Assembly: GCA_964525305.1 (NCBI GenBank)
Contig: CAZGGR010000004.1
Coordinates: forward strand, 37,684 to 101,683
Reading direction: 5' to 3'
DNA length: 64,000 bases
DNA from: an uncultured Akkermansia sp.
GTDB lineage: Bacteria; Verrucomicrobiota; Verrucomicrobiia; Verrucomicrobiales; Akkermansiaceae
Positions 9,420 to 18,398 of this stretch are shown here, one piece after another. Under the pieces are notes generated by a model, which ran no database searches, had not been told where the DNA came from, and saw nothing but the letters and a program-made list of their open reading frames with translations. The position numbers and the translations under genes were made by a program. Positions within the stretch are counted from its first letter, which is position 1; each line of letters opens with the position of its first letter.

Positions 9420-9821
9420 TTACCATACAAGGGCGAGAAGTTCGCCTCCAATGCTCTGCTTGCGCGCCTGCGCACCGGTCATCACCCCACGAGAGGTAGA
9501 AACGATGGCAATGCCAAGCCCACTAAGAACACGGGGAATATCCTCGGAAGAAACATACTGGCGACGTCCCGGGCGGGAGCAACGCTTTACATCAGTAACA
9601 ACCGGCTTACCTTGAGGGGTAAACTTTGTTTTTACTTTAATTTGCTTCTTGGGTCCTTCTCCGATCACTTCATAGTTCCAGATATAGCCCTCGTCCTGCA
9701 AAATCCGGGCAATTTCAACCTTGATGCTGGAGCAGGGAGCAGTAAATTCCTCATTGCCGGCCAAGCTGGCATTTTTCAGGCGAGTGAGGAAATCAGAAAT
9801 GGGGTCACTTAATACGGCCAT
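9420..9821 (-). CDS. rpsH: 30S ribosomal protein S8
   Basis: 133 aa. DPISDFLTRLKNA...GIAIVSTSRGVMT...GGELLALVW is S8-typical. Confidence 0.95.
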   Translation of the reverse strand: MAVLSDPISDFLTRLKNASLAGNEEFTAPCSSIKVEIARILQDEGYIWNYEVIGEGPKKQIKVKTKFTPQGKPVVTDVKRCSRPGRRQYVSSEDIPRVLSGLGIAIVSTSRGVMTGAQARKQSIGGELLALVW

Positions 9822-9833
9822 GGTAAGAAATAG

Positions 9834-10415
9834 TTAGGCGTTCGTTGTTTGGGTTTCTTCAGCCTTCTTCTGTTCGCGCATAGGCACACCCAGAGCGCGG
9901 AGCAGATCGCGTCCTTCATCATCAGTAGTAGCGGAGGTCACGAAAATAATATCGAAACCGATTTGACGCTTGATTTGGTCAAGTTCGATTTCAGGGAAGA
10001 TAGACTGATCAGAGATACCGACAGCATAGTTTCCGTTACCGTCAAAAGACTTGTAAGGAAGACCGCGGAAGTCGCGAATATTCGGAGCAGTGATGTTAAT
10101 AAAACGATCCAAAAATTCCCACATACGGGCACCACGCAGAGTTACGCGTGCGCCGAGAGGTTCTCCTTCACGCACCTTGAAGTTAGCCACGCTCTTGCGT
10201 GCATAGGTAACGGATGGTTTTTGACCAGTAATTTTAGCGATTTCATTAACGGCATCTTCAACGGCCTGTTTGCGGTCGGGATGCTTGCCCATGCAGGAGG
10301 TGACAACAATCTTCTCCAGTCGGGGAATCTGATGCACGTTCTTGTACGCATGCTTCGCTTGAAGGCCGGGAACGACCTTTTCACGGTAGTATGTCAGTAA
10401 TGTTGGTGTACTCAT
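9834..10415 (-). CDS. rplE: 50S ribosomal protein L5
   Basis: 193 aa. IPRLEKIVVTSCMG...GNYAVGISDQSIFPEI...GFDIIFVTSA is L5-typical. Confidence 0.95.
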   Translation of the reverse strand: MSTPTLLTYYREKVVPGLQAKHAYKNVHQIPRLEKIVVTSCMGKHPDRKQAVEDAVNEIAKITGQKPSVTYARKSVANFKVREGEPLGARVTLRGARMWEFLDRFINITAPNIRDFRGLPYKSFDGNGNYAVGISDQSIFPEIELDQIKRQIGFDIIFVTSATTDDEGRDLLRALGVPMREQKKAEETQTTNA

Positions 10416-10482
10416 TGTTTTAGCGGGTCAGCTCTTTATTAATGATTGATTATGGCTTAAGCGCAGGGTCAGACCTATAGGT

Positions 10483-10710
10483 CTAGCCTACTTTTTTCAC
10501 GTTAGAGATGTGAATCGGGCCGTTGATTTCCTGAATGCCGCCTTCCGGGTTCTGCTCGGTTGGACGCACAGCCTTTTTAATAAGGCGGGCGCCTTCTACG
10601 ATGACAGTACCTTTAGAGACATTCACGGACAGAACGGTGCCGCGCTTGCCCTTGTGGTTACGTCCGGCGATGATTTCTACTTCATCACCTTTTTTCACGT
10701 GGGTCTTCAT
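10483..10710 (-). CDS. rplX: 50S ribosomal protein L24 (short, KOW-core form)
   Basis: 75 aa. [25 protein letters not shown]...VIVEG..LIKK is the L24 KOW region. It ends about 30 residues earlier than E. coli-type L24. Confidence 0.88.
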   Translation of the reverse strand: MKTHVKKGDEVEIIAGRNHKGKRGTVLSVNVSKGTVIVEGARLIKKAVRPTEQNPEGGIQEINGPIHISNVKKVG

Positions 10711-10746
10711 ATATGACTATTTCTTACGCGTTTATGCGATTAAGAT

Positions 10747-10767
10747 CTACCACCCCCTTGGCGGTAG
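10747..10767 (-). promoter_or_regulatory. 8-bp hairpin in the rplX 5' leader
   Basis: Minus-strand RNA is CUACCGCC-AAGGG-GGUGGUAG (one G-U pair), about 40-60 nt upstream of the rplX start. Confidence 0.3.
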
Positions 10768-10777
10768 GGCGGGTATG

Positions 10778-10804
10778 GTATTACAAGATAGGGCTTTTCG
10801 TCAA
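10778..10804 (-). promoter_or_regulatory. candidate sigma70-like promoter for the rplX-led unit
   Basis: The minus strand reads TTGACG-N15-TAATAC. The spacer is shorter than ideal, so support is weak. Confidence 0.25.
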
Positions 10805-10960
10805 GCCTACATCCTGAAAAAAGCTGTTTTTTTAAGATCTTGTGCCAAAAGTCGGAGGAATACAAAGCATAAAAAGTAAATCTATCCGGCCCAAAGCGGA
10901 CGGCATTGATTTACGAAAAGAGAATGGGATCAAGCTAAAGCCATCAAGCAAGGCCCCCCC

Positions 10961-11890
10961 TCACTCTTCCTCGGAAGGTATCTCAGCACCCTGCCAACGC
11001 AACTTAGCCCTCAACAAAGCTCCGAAGTTTTGCTTACGAAGATGAACCAAGGAAAGCGTTTCCGGAGCCTTACGGATTATGAGACTCTCTCCTACACCGA
11101 TGGGATAAGCAGAACGACCATCTAAAGAATAAACCATGGCATCAAACCGGCCACGGCGTTCACGGGGACGCAAGCGTATAGTCATGGAATCCGGCAAGAC
11201 AACGGATCGATTCGTCAGACTATGCGGACAAATAGGAGTCACACACACAACCCGAGACATCGGCCAAACAAGAGGTCCTCCGGCAGAAAGAGAATAAGCC
11301 GTTGAGCCCGTAGGGGTAGAAACAAGAACACCATCCGCATGGTAACGATTGAGCAATTCTCCATCCACCTCTGCATCCAAATCCACCATTTTCCCGGATT
11401 GGGCACGAATCAGAGAGACCTCATTAAGAGCCAGTTTACGCTGAGGAGAAGCAACGCCATCCGAGCCCATACGAACGACCTCCAATAAAGAACGTTCATC
11501 CGTCAAGAATGAACCTTCCCCAATAACCTCAGCCAACAGGGGCAACTCCTGAACGGAACAAGTAGTCATAAACCCCAGTCTGCCTAAATTAACCCCAGCC
11601 AAAGGCACACGGTGCATGGCAGCCAAAGAAGACACCGTCAACATCGTACCGTCTCCCCCAAAAGTAATCAACATACCACACTGCCCGATAACCTGCTCCA
11701 AGGCATCCGACGTTTCTATAACGCAAGATTCCATACCATGAGAAGAAAGCTCACGGCGCATGATACTCAACGCATCCGCCAAGCCCGGTTTTTCTGCGAG
11801 AGCGACCAGGCCAATAACCTTGGAAAAATTCATACGAGAGAGCATACTGCATTTTTTCTCATCGCTCAACCGGGAAACCACATTCAGCAA
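10961..11890 (-). CDS. nadK: NAD+ kinase
   Basis: GGDGTML motif, NEVSL and TPTGSTAYSLSAGGP are NAD kinase signatures. The true start may be an internal Met (MLSRMNF...). Confidence 0.9.
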   Translation of the reverse strand: MLNVVSRLSDEKKCSMLSRMNFSKVIGLVALAEKPGLADALSIMRRELSSHGMESCVIETSDALEQVIGQCGMLITFGGDGTMLTVSSLAAMHRVPLAGVNLGRLGFMTTCSVQELPLLAEVIGEGSFLTDERSLLEVVRMGSDGVASPQRKLALNEVSLIRAQSGKMVDLDAEVDGELLNRYHADGVLVSTPTGSTAYSLSAGGPLVWPMSRVVCVTPICPHSLTNRSVVLPDSMTIRLRPRERRGRFDAMVYSLDGRSAYPIGVGESLIIRKAPETLSLVHLRKQNFGALLRAKLRWQGAEIPSEEE

Positions 11891-11978
11891 GAAAAGACAC
11901 CCCAGCCCTGCCCCTCAGCCGTGTGCATGATTCTTTTTTTATTATACAAGCATCAAGCTTCATGTTAACTATGAGAGC

Positions 11979-12482
11979 GTGAATCGTTTTCTTTCCGTTC
12001 TTTTGTTTTTTCTGATGCCCGGATGTGCCATTACAGGAAAGAATGACCCGGAGACAATACAGCCCGTACAGAAAACGACCTCAAAGGTAAAAACAGCCCC
12101 CTATCGAGTACGAGGGAAAAGGTATGCCCCTATGAGCGTAGAAGAAGCTCTGCACTATAAAGCAACGGGGTACGCCTCCTGGTACGGAGGCAAAAAAACT
12201 CGTATTAAGACTTCCTCCGGAGAATATATTAATCCCCGGACATCCATGACGGCAGCGCATAAGACACTGCCGATGCCTTGCAAAGTAAAAGTCACCTGCT
12301 TAACGACCGGGAGATCCGTCATTGTCAGAATCAACAACCGCGGACCATTTCACAGCAACCGCATCATTGACTTAACAACAGCCGCAGCCAGCCGCATTGG
12401 TCTGCACAAGAAAGGAATAACAAAAGTACAGTTGGAAGTGATTTCCGTGGGAGACGGTCCACATGAAATCTTTGCCCGTTAA
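11979..12482 (+). CDS. rlpA: septal ring lytic transglycosylase RlpA-family lipoprotein
   Basis: GTG start. Lipobox LMPGC. DPBB core GYASWYGG...TSSGE...TAAHKTLPMPCKVKVT....GRSVIVRINNRGPF. Confidence 0.85.
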   Translation: MNRFLSVLLFFLMPGCAITGKNDPETIQPVQKTTSKVKTAPYRVRGKRYAPMSVEEALHYKATGYASWYGGKKTRIKTSSGEYINPRTSMTAAHKTLPMPCKVKVTCLTTGRSVIVRINNRGPFHSNRIIDLTTAAASRIGLHKKGITKVQLEVISVGDGPHEIFAR

Positions 12483-13974
12483 ACGCCATTCTGATTTTTT
12501 ACTCATGATTCAGCTCCGCATTCTTTCGGCAATTCTGATGTCCTTTTGTACCATCTCCTTGGCACAAGAACCTGAACCGGATCGGCATCATACACTCATC
12601 ATTATTTCAACCGGAGATATTCACGGGCATCTGGAACAATTCCCCAAGCTAGCCACGGTAGTCAAACAATATCGCGAACAATATCCACATGTCCTGCTTG
12701 TGGACTCCGGAGATTTTTTCGTTGGGAATCTTTATGTAGACAATTGGGAACAACAGGGCAGGCCCATCACCATCCTAATGGATAAACTAAGGTATGACGT
12801 AGCAACCATAGGCCATATGGATCTGCATTACGGACAGAAAGCACTGCGCGATCATATCAAAGGAATGCCATCCACCCGATTTATTTCCACCAATGTATTT
12901 CCATCAGCCACGCTGGAAGGATGTTTTTCTTCACATATCAACATTCCGCTCAAAGGGACGTCTGTTTCCGTTGGATTTATTGGTTTATCAGACCTTCAAA
13001 CCACAGATATCAGGAAACTGAATGGTATTTCGTGGAAACTACCGCATGAAGAAGAATACAGACACATTTCTCGTAAATTCCGGTTGAGTCGTAATACGCT
13101 CAACGTTGTTCTCAGCCATTTGGGGTACGGCTATGATCAGAAAATGATGAAATATACGCCAAATATTGATATTATTCTGGGTGGGCATACACATGTCATG
13201 TTACCTAAGGGACTATTCCGAACAGGTACATTGTTGGAGCATACCGGATATGGTTTGAGCCACGTAGGTGTTACCACCGTTACGTTTTCATCAACAGAAC
13301 CGGTCAAGATTATCTCCAGAACTACCCGATCTATTGCCCTGGATGACAAGATACCCAATGATCCGGAAATGGAAGAAGCCGTTAACAAAATTATCGCTCG
13401 ATTTCCCGGACACGCCTATTTTAATCGCCATGCAGGCACAGCCGGTGAAGACTTATCGTGTCCCACCATAGGAACTTTTTTCTGCAAAGCTATCCAGCGG
13501 GCAGCACATACAGATCTAGCTCTCTATAATCGTAGCAACATCTGGGGGGAGTGTAGATTTCGCAAAGGCCCTATCACCATCAAAGACATTTATGAAATGG
13601 AGCCACTACAGGAGAAAATCGTCATCTGCTCTATGACCAAAGCAGACATTGAACAATTAATTCTGAGCAAGTTTATTGCTCCATTCAGTGACGAAGGCGG
13701 CGTCTTTGGCATTTACTGTTCCGGATTCTCTTATCAGATTAAAGATGGTACTACACCCTACATCACCAGCACCTTAGAAAAAGATGTCACCTATACCGTC
13801 GCCATGGGAGAATACCTATGCCATAACATGCAGTTCCCTCAACAAGGGGACAGCCAACCCACCGACATCTATGTACGCCAAGCCCTACTTGCTTATCTGA
13901 AAGAGGTGAAAACGCTTTTTAATCCGCCCCCACCTCAACTCCCTATCATCAAGTGTCCCACCTTTCACCTATAA
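12463..13974 (+). CDS. bifunctional metallophosphoesterase / 5'-nucleotidase family protein
   Basis: Metallophosphatase motifs GDIHGH, DSGDFF and GGHTH, an N-terminal signal-like segment, and a C-half like the 5'-nucleotidase substrate-binding domain. It overlaps the rlpA end by 20 nt. An alternative start is the ATG at 12505. Confidence 0.8.
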   Translation: MKSLPVKRHSDFLLMIQLRILSAILMSFCTISLAQEPEPDRHHTLIIISTGDIHGHLEQFPKLATVVKQYREQYPHVLLVDSGDFFVGNLYVDNWEQQGRPITILMDKLRYDVATIGHMDLHYGQKALRDHIKGMPSTRFISTNVFPSATLEGCFSSHINIPLKGTSVSVGFIGLSDLQTTDIRKLNGISWKLPHEEEYRHISRKFRLSRNTLNVVLSHLGYGYDQKMMKYTPNIDIILGGHTHVMLPKGLFRTGTLLEHTGYGLSHVGVTTVTFSSTEPVKIISRTTRSIALDDKIPNDPEMEEAVNKIIARFPGHAYFNRHAGTAGEDLSCPTIGTFFCKAIQRAAHTDLALYNRSNIWGECRFRKGPITIKDIYEMEPLQEKIVICSMTKADIEQLILSKFIAPFSDEGGVFGIYCSGFSYQIKDGTTPYITSTLEKDVTYTVAMGEYLCHNMQFPQQGDSQPTDIYVRQALLAYLKEVKTLFNPPPPQLPIIKCPTFHL

Positions 13975-14054
13975 ACCTCAACGCTATTTATCATCTCTCG
14001 GAACGATCGATTTGAATAAGCAAGAGGCACCCGCCTACGGATTATACCTCTGCC

Positions 14055-16739
14055 ATGCAGTCGAATGCCACCACAAATACCCAGGCCCCAAAAGAAGGTC
14101 TTACCGGGATTCGCATTCTGCCGTCCGGCACTCCGACGACAGACATTCCCCCCTTTGATCGTCTGTTTGAAAAAAGCGTTGGCAACGGGTTATTTGCTTT
14201 AGCGGTGTCCGGCTGGGAAATCTCTGCGGATCCCGGTACCTTTTTCCTAAAAGACATGGCTCGACGCGCGCTCACCCGCATGGCGCACGCAGCCGCAGAA
14301 CGCCCTGATGAAGTCGATACAGTTCTGACACATCTGGTAGCGGACAGAACAGAAACAAGAACCTTATCAGAACAATTTCCCCCTGTACCGGGAGCAGAAT
14401 ATGTCACTCCTAAAGTCATTTCCGCATGGCTTGAAGACCTTAAAAAGCTAGTAGAGACAGAAGTCAGAACCCGCGATATTACACCGGGAGAATGGTTACG
14501 AGGGTTGGGCTCGCCATGGGATCAGATAGGCAAAATATTTTTCCATCTCGCCGAAAATCGGGACGATACCACAGGAGGCAGACCTTTTGCCTTTATGGCT
14601 ACCTTTGCACACCAAAGCGCAACAGACAACCAGTTGCGACACTTACCCTTAACATCTGCGCTCAAACTTTATCAAGGAGATCATACCGCCCTACTAGCTG
14701 TACTACAACCGCTAAAAAAAGCAGGAGAAAGAAGCCCCTTACTGCAACGATTACTAGACAATGGGAAGATATACTCGCCCTTAGCATGGAGCCCCGGAGA
14801 AGCGCGAGATTTTTTGCAAGATATTCCCCTATATGAGCAAGCCGGGATCATCGTACGCATGGTGAATTTGTGGAAAAAATCCCCTGCCAAACTACAATTA
14901 AAAATTACAGCGGACACCGCGGAAAACAGTACAACCGTTCACTCCAGCGGAGTATCCGTACACAGTCTGCTCAGATTTTCCATTTCAGCGACACTTGGAG
15001 GACGGGAATTAAGTGCAGAAGAGCAAGAAGAACTACTTAACCATGGAGACGGCTTAATCAGATTTAAAGGAGAATGGGTACGCGTCGATGCAGCAAAGAT
15101 ACGAGAACTCATGACTAAATGGACAAGAGCCGCACGCATGATGGAATCTCTAGGCATTCCTCTTGTCCAAGGACTCAGGCTACTAGTTAACGGACCGGCT
15201 GACAATCTTGCCTGCCTGCCGGAACCGGATGAAGACTGCATACTAGAACCAGGAAAAAACCTTCAACAGGCACTAGATATTCTGGAAGGGAAAAAAGCTA
15301 TCGCCATACCGGAACTACCGCCTCATCTTCACCGCCTCATGAGGCCTTACCAAAAAGAAGGCTTTTCCTTTTTATATCGGGTTACAGAACGAGGATTTGG
15401 TGCCTGTTTAGCAGACGATATGGGGCTAGGGAAAACCCTGCAAGCCCTTGCATGGCTAGATACGCTCCGCAGGCAAGGACTGCTAGAAGGGACACCGGCA
15501 CTCATCGTCACCCCCGCATCCCTTTTAAATAACTGGAAAGAAGAAACAGAACGCTTTTGTCCGGAGCTGAACGTCTGTATCATGCACCCTTCCGCCCCCA
15601 ACTCCTGGCAACCGGGAAATGGGCAGCATCAACGAAACTGCCATGCCGTTATCACCACATACGGCATGGTTGTACGCACACCTATGCTATCAGAACTATG
15701 GTTTCCAGCCATTATCCTGGATGAAGCACAAGCTATCAAAAATGCAGATTCCTCACGATCCAAAGCTATCCGCAAACTGCACGGAGACCGCCGTATTGCC
15801 TTATCCGGCACGCCTGTGGAAAACCATCTGAATGAACTCTGGAGCCTGATGGAGTTCTTAAACCCGGGATTACCAGGCAGTAGAAAAAGCTTTGAAACAT
15901 TTACCCGTTCTTTGGTAAACGGCTACGCACCATTACGACGACTGATACAGCCATTCATTTTACGCCGAATGAAAACAGATCCGGCATTAGTTCCCGATCT
16001 GCCGGACAAAACAGAAATGAATGCCTACTGTTTCCTTACTCCGGAACAAGCCACTCTATACCGGACACAAATTGATATGTTGCATTCCATGCTTGATGAA
16101 CCGGATCCAGCCACTCGCCTGATGCTCATTCTGCCGGTTTTGGCTCGACTCAAGCAAATATGCAATCACCCTGCACAATTCCAAGGTACGGATGATTACA
16201 CGCCTGAACGTTCTGGCAAGTTCCTGCGCCTTCAGGAACTATGTACCTCCATTGCCATCCGTCAGGAAAAAGTTATTCTTTTTACACAGTTTCGTTCCAT
16301 CATTTCCCATCTGCATGACCTTCTGGCCGGAATATTCGGACGAGCCGGACTCACTCTACATGGAGGAACCCCCATCTCCGAACGCCAACGTATTGTCTCT
16401 GCTTTTCAAAAAGAAACCGGCCCTCCATTTTGCATTCTGTCTCTGAAAGCAGCCGGAACCGGACTGACGCTAACACAAGCCTCACACGTCATCCATGTAG
16501 ATCGCTGGTGGAATCCCGCAGTGGAAAACCAAGCAACAGACAGGGCATACCGCATCGGACAACGGCGCAACGTACTCGTACACCGCTTGATCTGTCGCGG
16601 CACAATAGAAGACCGAATTGATGCTATGTTGAGAGAGAAAAACAACATGGCAGACAGCCTATTCTCCGGGGGACCAGAGCAATGGCTCATGACTATGAGT
16701 ACAGAAGAACTCACCCAACTATTCTCTGCCACTATTTAA
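14055..16739 (+). CDS. SNF2-family DEAD-like helicase with a large N-terminal domain
   Basis: 894 aa. SNF2 motifs LADDMGLGKT, DEAQAIKN and LSGTPVEN, and a helicase-C region (LSLKAAGTGLTLT, DRWWNPAVENQATDRAYRIGQ). The roughly 430-aa N-terminal region resembles SNF2-associated domains. Confidence 0.9.
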   Translation: MQSNATTNTQAPKEGLTGIRILPSGTPTTDIPPFDRLFEKSVGNGLFALAVSGWEISADPGTFFLKDMARRALTRMAHAAAERPDEVDTVLTHLVADRTETRTLSEQFPPVPGAEYVTPKVISAWLEDLKKLVETEVRTRDITPGEWLRGLGSPWDQIGKIFFHLAENRDDTTGGRPFAFMATFAHQSATDNQLRHLPLTSALKLYQGDHTALLAVLQPLKKAGERSPLLQRLLDNGKIYSPLAWSPGEARDFLQDIPLYEQAGIIVRMVNLWKKSPAKLQLKITADTAENSTTVHSSGVSVHSLLRFSISATLGGRELSAEEQEELLNHGDGLIRFKGEWVRVDAAKIRELMTKWTRAARMMESLGIPLVQGLRLLVNGPADNLACLPEPDEDCILEPGKNLQQALDILEGKKAIAIPELPPHLHRLMRPYQKEGFSFLYRVTERGFGACLADDMGLGKTLQALAWLDTLRRQGLLEGTPALIVTPASLLNNWKEETERFCPELNVCIMHPSAPNSWQPGNGQHQRNCHAVITTYGMVVRTPMLSELWFPAIILDEAQAIKNADSSRSKAIRKLHGDRRIALSGTPVENHLNELWSLMEFLNPGLPGSRKSFETFTRSLVNGYAPLRRLIQPFILRRMKTDPALVPDLPDKTEMNAYCFLTPEQATLYRTQIDMLHSMLDEPDPATRLMLILPVLARLKQICNHPAQFQGTDDYTPERSGKFLRLQELCTSIAIRQEKVILFTQFRSIISHLHDLLAGIFGRAGLTLHGGTPISERQRIVSAFQKETGPPFCILSLKAAGTGLTLTQASHVIHVDRWWNPAVENQATDRAYRIGQRRNVLVHRLICRGTIEDRIDAMLREKNNMADSLFSGGPEQWLMTMSTEELTQLFSATI

Positions 16740-16816
16740 CTTCTGCCACGAAACAAAAGTCAAAAAGCCGGAAGAAAAAGCATACGGATATCCCCCGGCT
16801 TAATGCTGTATTGTTT

Positions 16817-18226
16817 TTAAGAAATCACCTCCAGTGGAGCCGTATTCTTCCAATCTCCACGCGTAAAATCCGGGAAGTCTACAGGCATACCACCTTGAGC
16901 AATAGAATGAGCCGTCAGCGGAAGCAAAGATGACCAAGCGGCACCTTCATATACATTTTGATCCATAGGTTCACCCCGACGCAAGCATTCTACCATGCGA
17001 TATAACATGACAAAATCCATACCGCCGTGACCACCCATTTTGGTAGCCAACTCCCCTATGCGTTTCCAAAGCGGATGCTCATACTTCTCATAAATGGCAG
17101 ACAATTCATCCTTGCCCTGAATCCATTCATGATAATTACCATTTCCTAAGGTCTCACCAGCCATACGGGTAGGAAACCCGGCCAGAGTACCCAGCGTTCC
17201 CTGAATTAAATTGGCACGAGAATACGGACGAGGAGAAGTTTCATCCAATTGAAGGAGGATGGTACGCCCCAGTTGCGTCTTGATAATAGCAGTATTCATA
17301 TCTCCGCAAATAAACGGCGTATGATTCCAACGATGATCTGCCGGAAGATGCCGTTTGGCATAAGCACTGCGCCCAAGAGCAGGTGACGCCAATGCCACCA
17401 CACGACTGAAGCGATCCTCCCTACGTTCCAAGCTCATATATTGAGCCACGGGCCCCAAGCCATGAGTGGGATACAAATTGCCATTAATGCGAGTGTGATA
17501 TTCCGGCCGCCAGGAGCCTTCTCCGTATTTATCCTTCAGCTGAGTTATTAAGCAATGGATATAGGCGGCTTCACCATGAAGCAAATCACCAATAACCCCT
17601 TGACGAACCATATTTAAAAACATCAGTTCATCTCTGCCGTAGTTGACATTTTCCATCATCATGCAGTGCTTCTTAGTAACCTCACTGGTATCAACGATAT
17701 TCCAGAGTTCCTCCAGAGAAACGGCCAATGGGACTTCTACAAAGGCATGAGCCCCCAACTTCATACAATCACAGGCAATGCCGGCATGCGAACTCCAATC
17801 CGTACTGATAATAACGGCATCCGGCTTCAACTCCTTCAACATGGTTACGTACGCTTTCTCATCGCCGGCATATCCACCGGGGCGTTTACCCATTTTGGAA
17901 AACACATGATTCACACCACGCTGCATAAGCTCCTCCTTCAAATCACACACACCCACAATTTCCACACCCTCTATCATGCACATTTGAGCTAAATGGGAAA
18001 AACCGCGTCCACCTACACCAATAAACGCCATCTTGACGCGATCCAGGCGAGGAGCTTTAAAGCCACCCATATATTCAGCACCAACGGGTCTTGGGCGCAT
18101 TTTTGCTCCAGATTGCCAAAGATGATCCCCCGTGGGAATATTCACTGCCTGACCGGGGATGGCAACTGCACCGGCTACAATCCCCAAGGATTTCAGAAAT
18201 TGTCTGCGTGATGAGAATATAGACAT
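16817..18226 (-). CDS. TAT-signal Gfo/Idh/MocA NAD-binding oxidoreductase, probable GH109-type glycosidase
   Basis: Twin-arginine signal SRRQFLKSLG, Rossmann motif FIGVGGRGFSH, and about 470 aa. Length and architecture fit GH109 alpha-N-acetylgalactosaminidases. The family assignment is inferred. Confidence 0.75.
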   Translation of the reverse strand: MSIFSSRRQFLKSLGIVAGAVAIPGQAVNIPTGDHLWQSGAKMRPRPVGAEYMGGFKAPRLDRVKMAFIGVGGRGFSHLAQMCMIEGVEIVGVCDLKEELMQRGVNHVFSKMGKRPGGYAGDEKAYVTMLKELKPDAVIISTDWSSHAGIACDCMKLGAHAFVEVPLAVSLEELWNIVDTSEVTKKHCMMMENVNYGRDELMFLNMVRQGVIGDLLHGEAAYIHCLITQLKDKYGEGSWRPEYHTRINGNLYPTHGLGPVAQYMSLERREDRFSRVVALASPALGRSAYAKRHLPADHRWNHTPFICGDMNTAIIKTQLGRTILLQLDETSPRPYSRANLIQGTLGTLAGFPTRMAGETLGNGNYHEWIQGKDELSAIYEKYEHPLWKRIGELATKMGGHGGMDFVMLYRMVECLRRGEPMDQNVYEGAAWSSLLPLTAHSIAQGGMPVDFPDFTRGDWKNTAPLEVIS

Positions 18227-18398
18227 AGTTTGTATAAATGGCTTATGAAAAGATTACGCACAGATGAAGTAGGATTTATCACCATTTTTTATTCGTAGGG
18301 AAAAGACAATGATGGCTGATTTTAATATTTGCAAAAGATAGATAACTCATCACTATTCGAGCATCTTTTTATTCTTAACTCGCCCCTCTTCACCATTT

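Noticed and set aside
14042-14419. A 125-aa minus-strand ORF at the 5' end of the SNF2 gene.
   Set aside because: It is antisense to the SNF2 ORF, is Ala/Arg/Ser-rich and has no motif.
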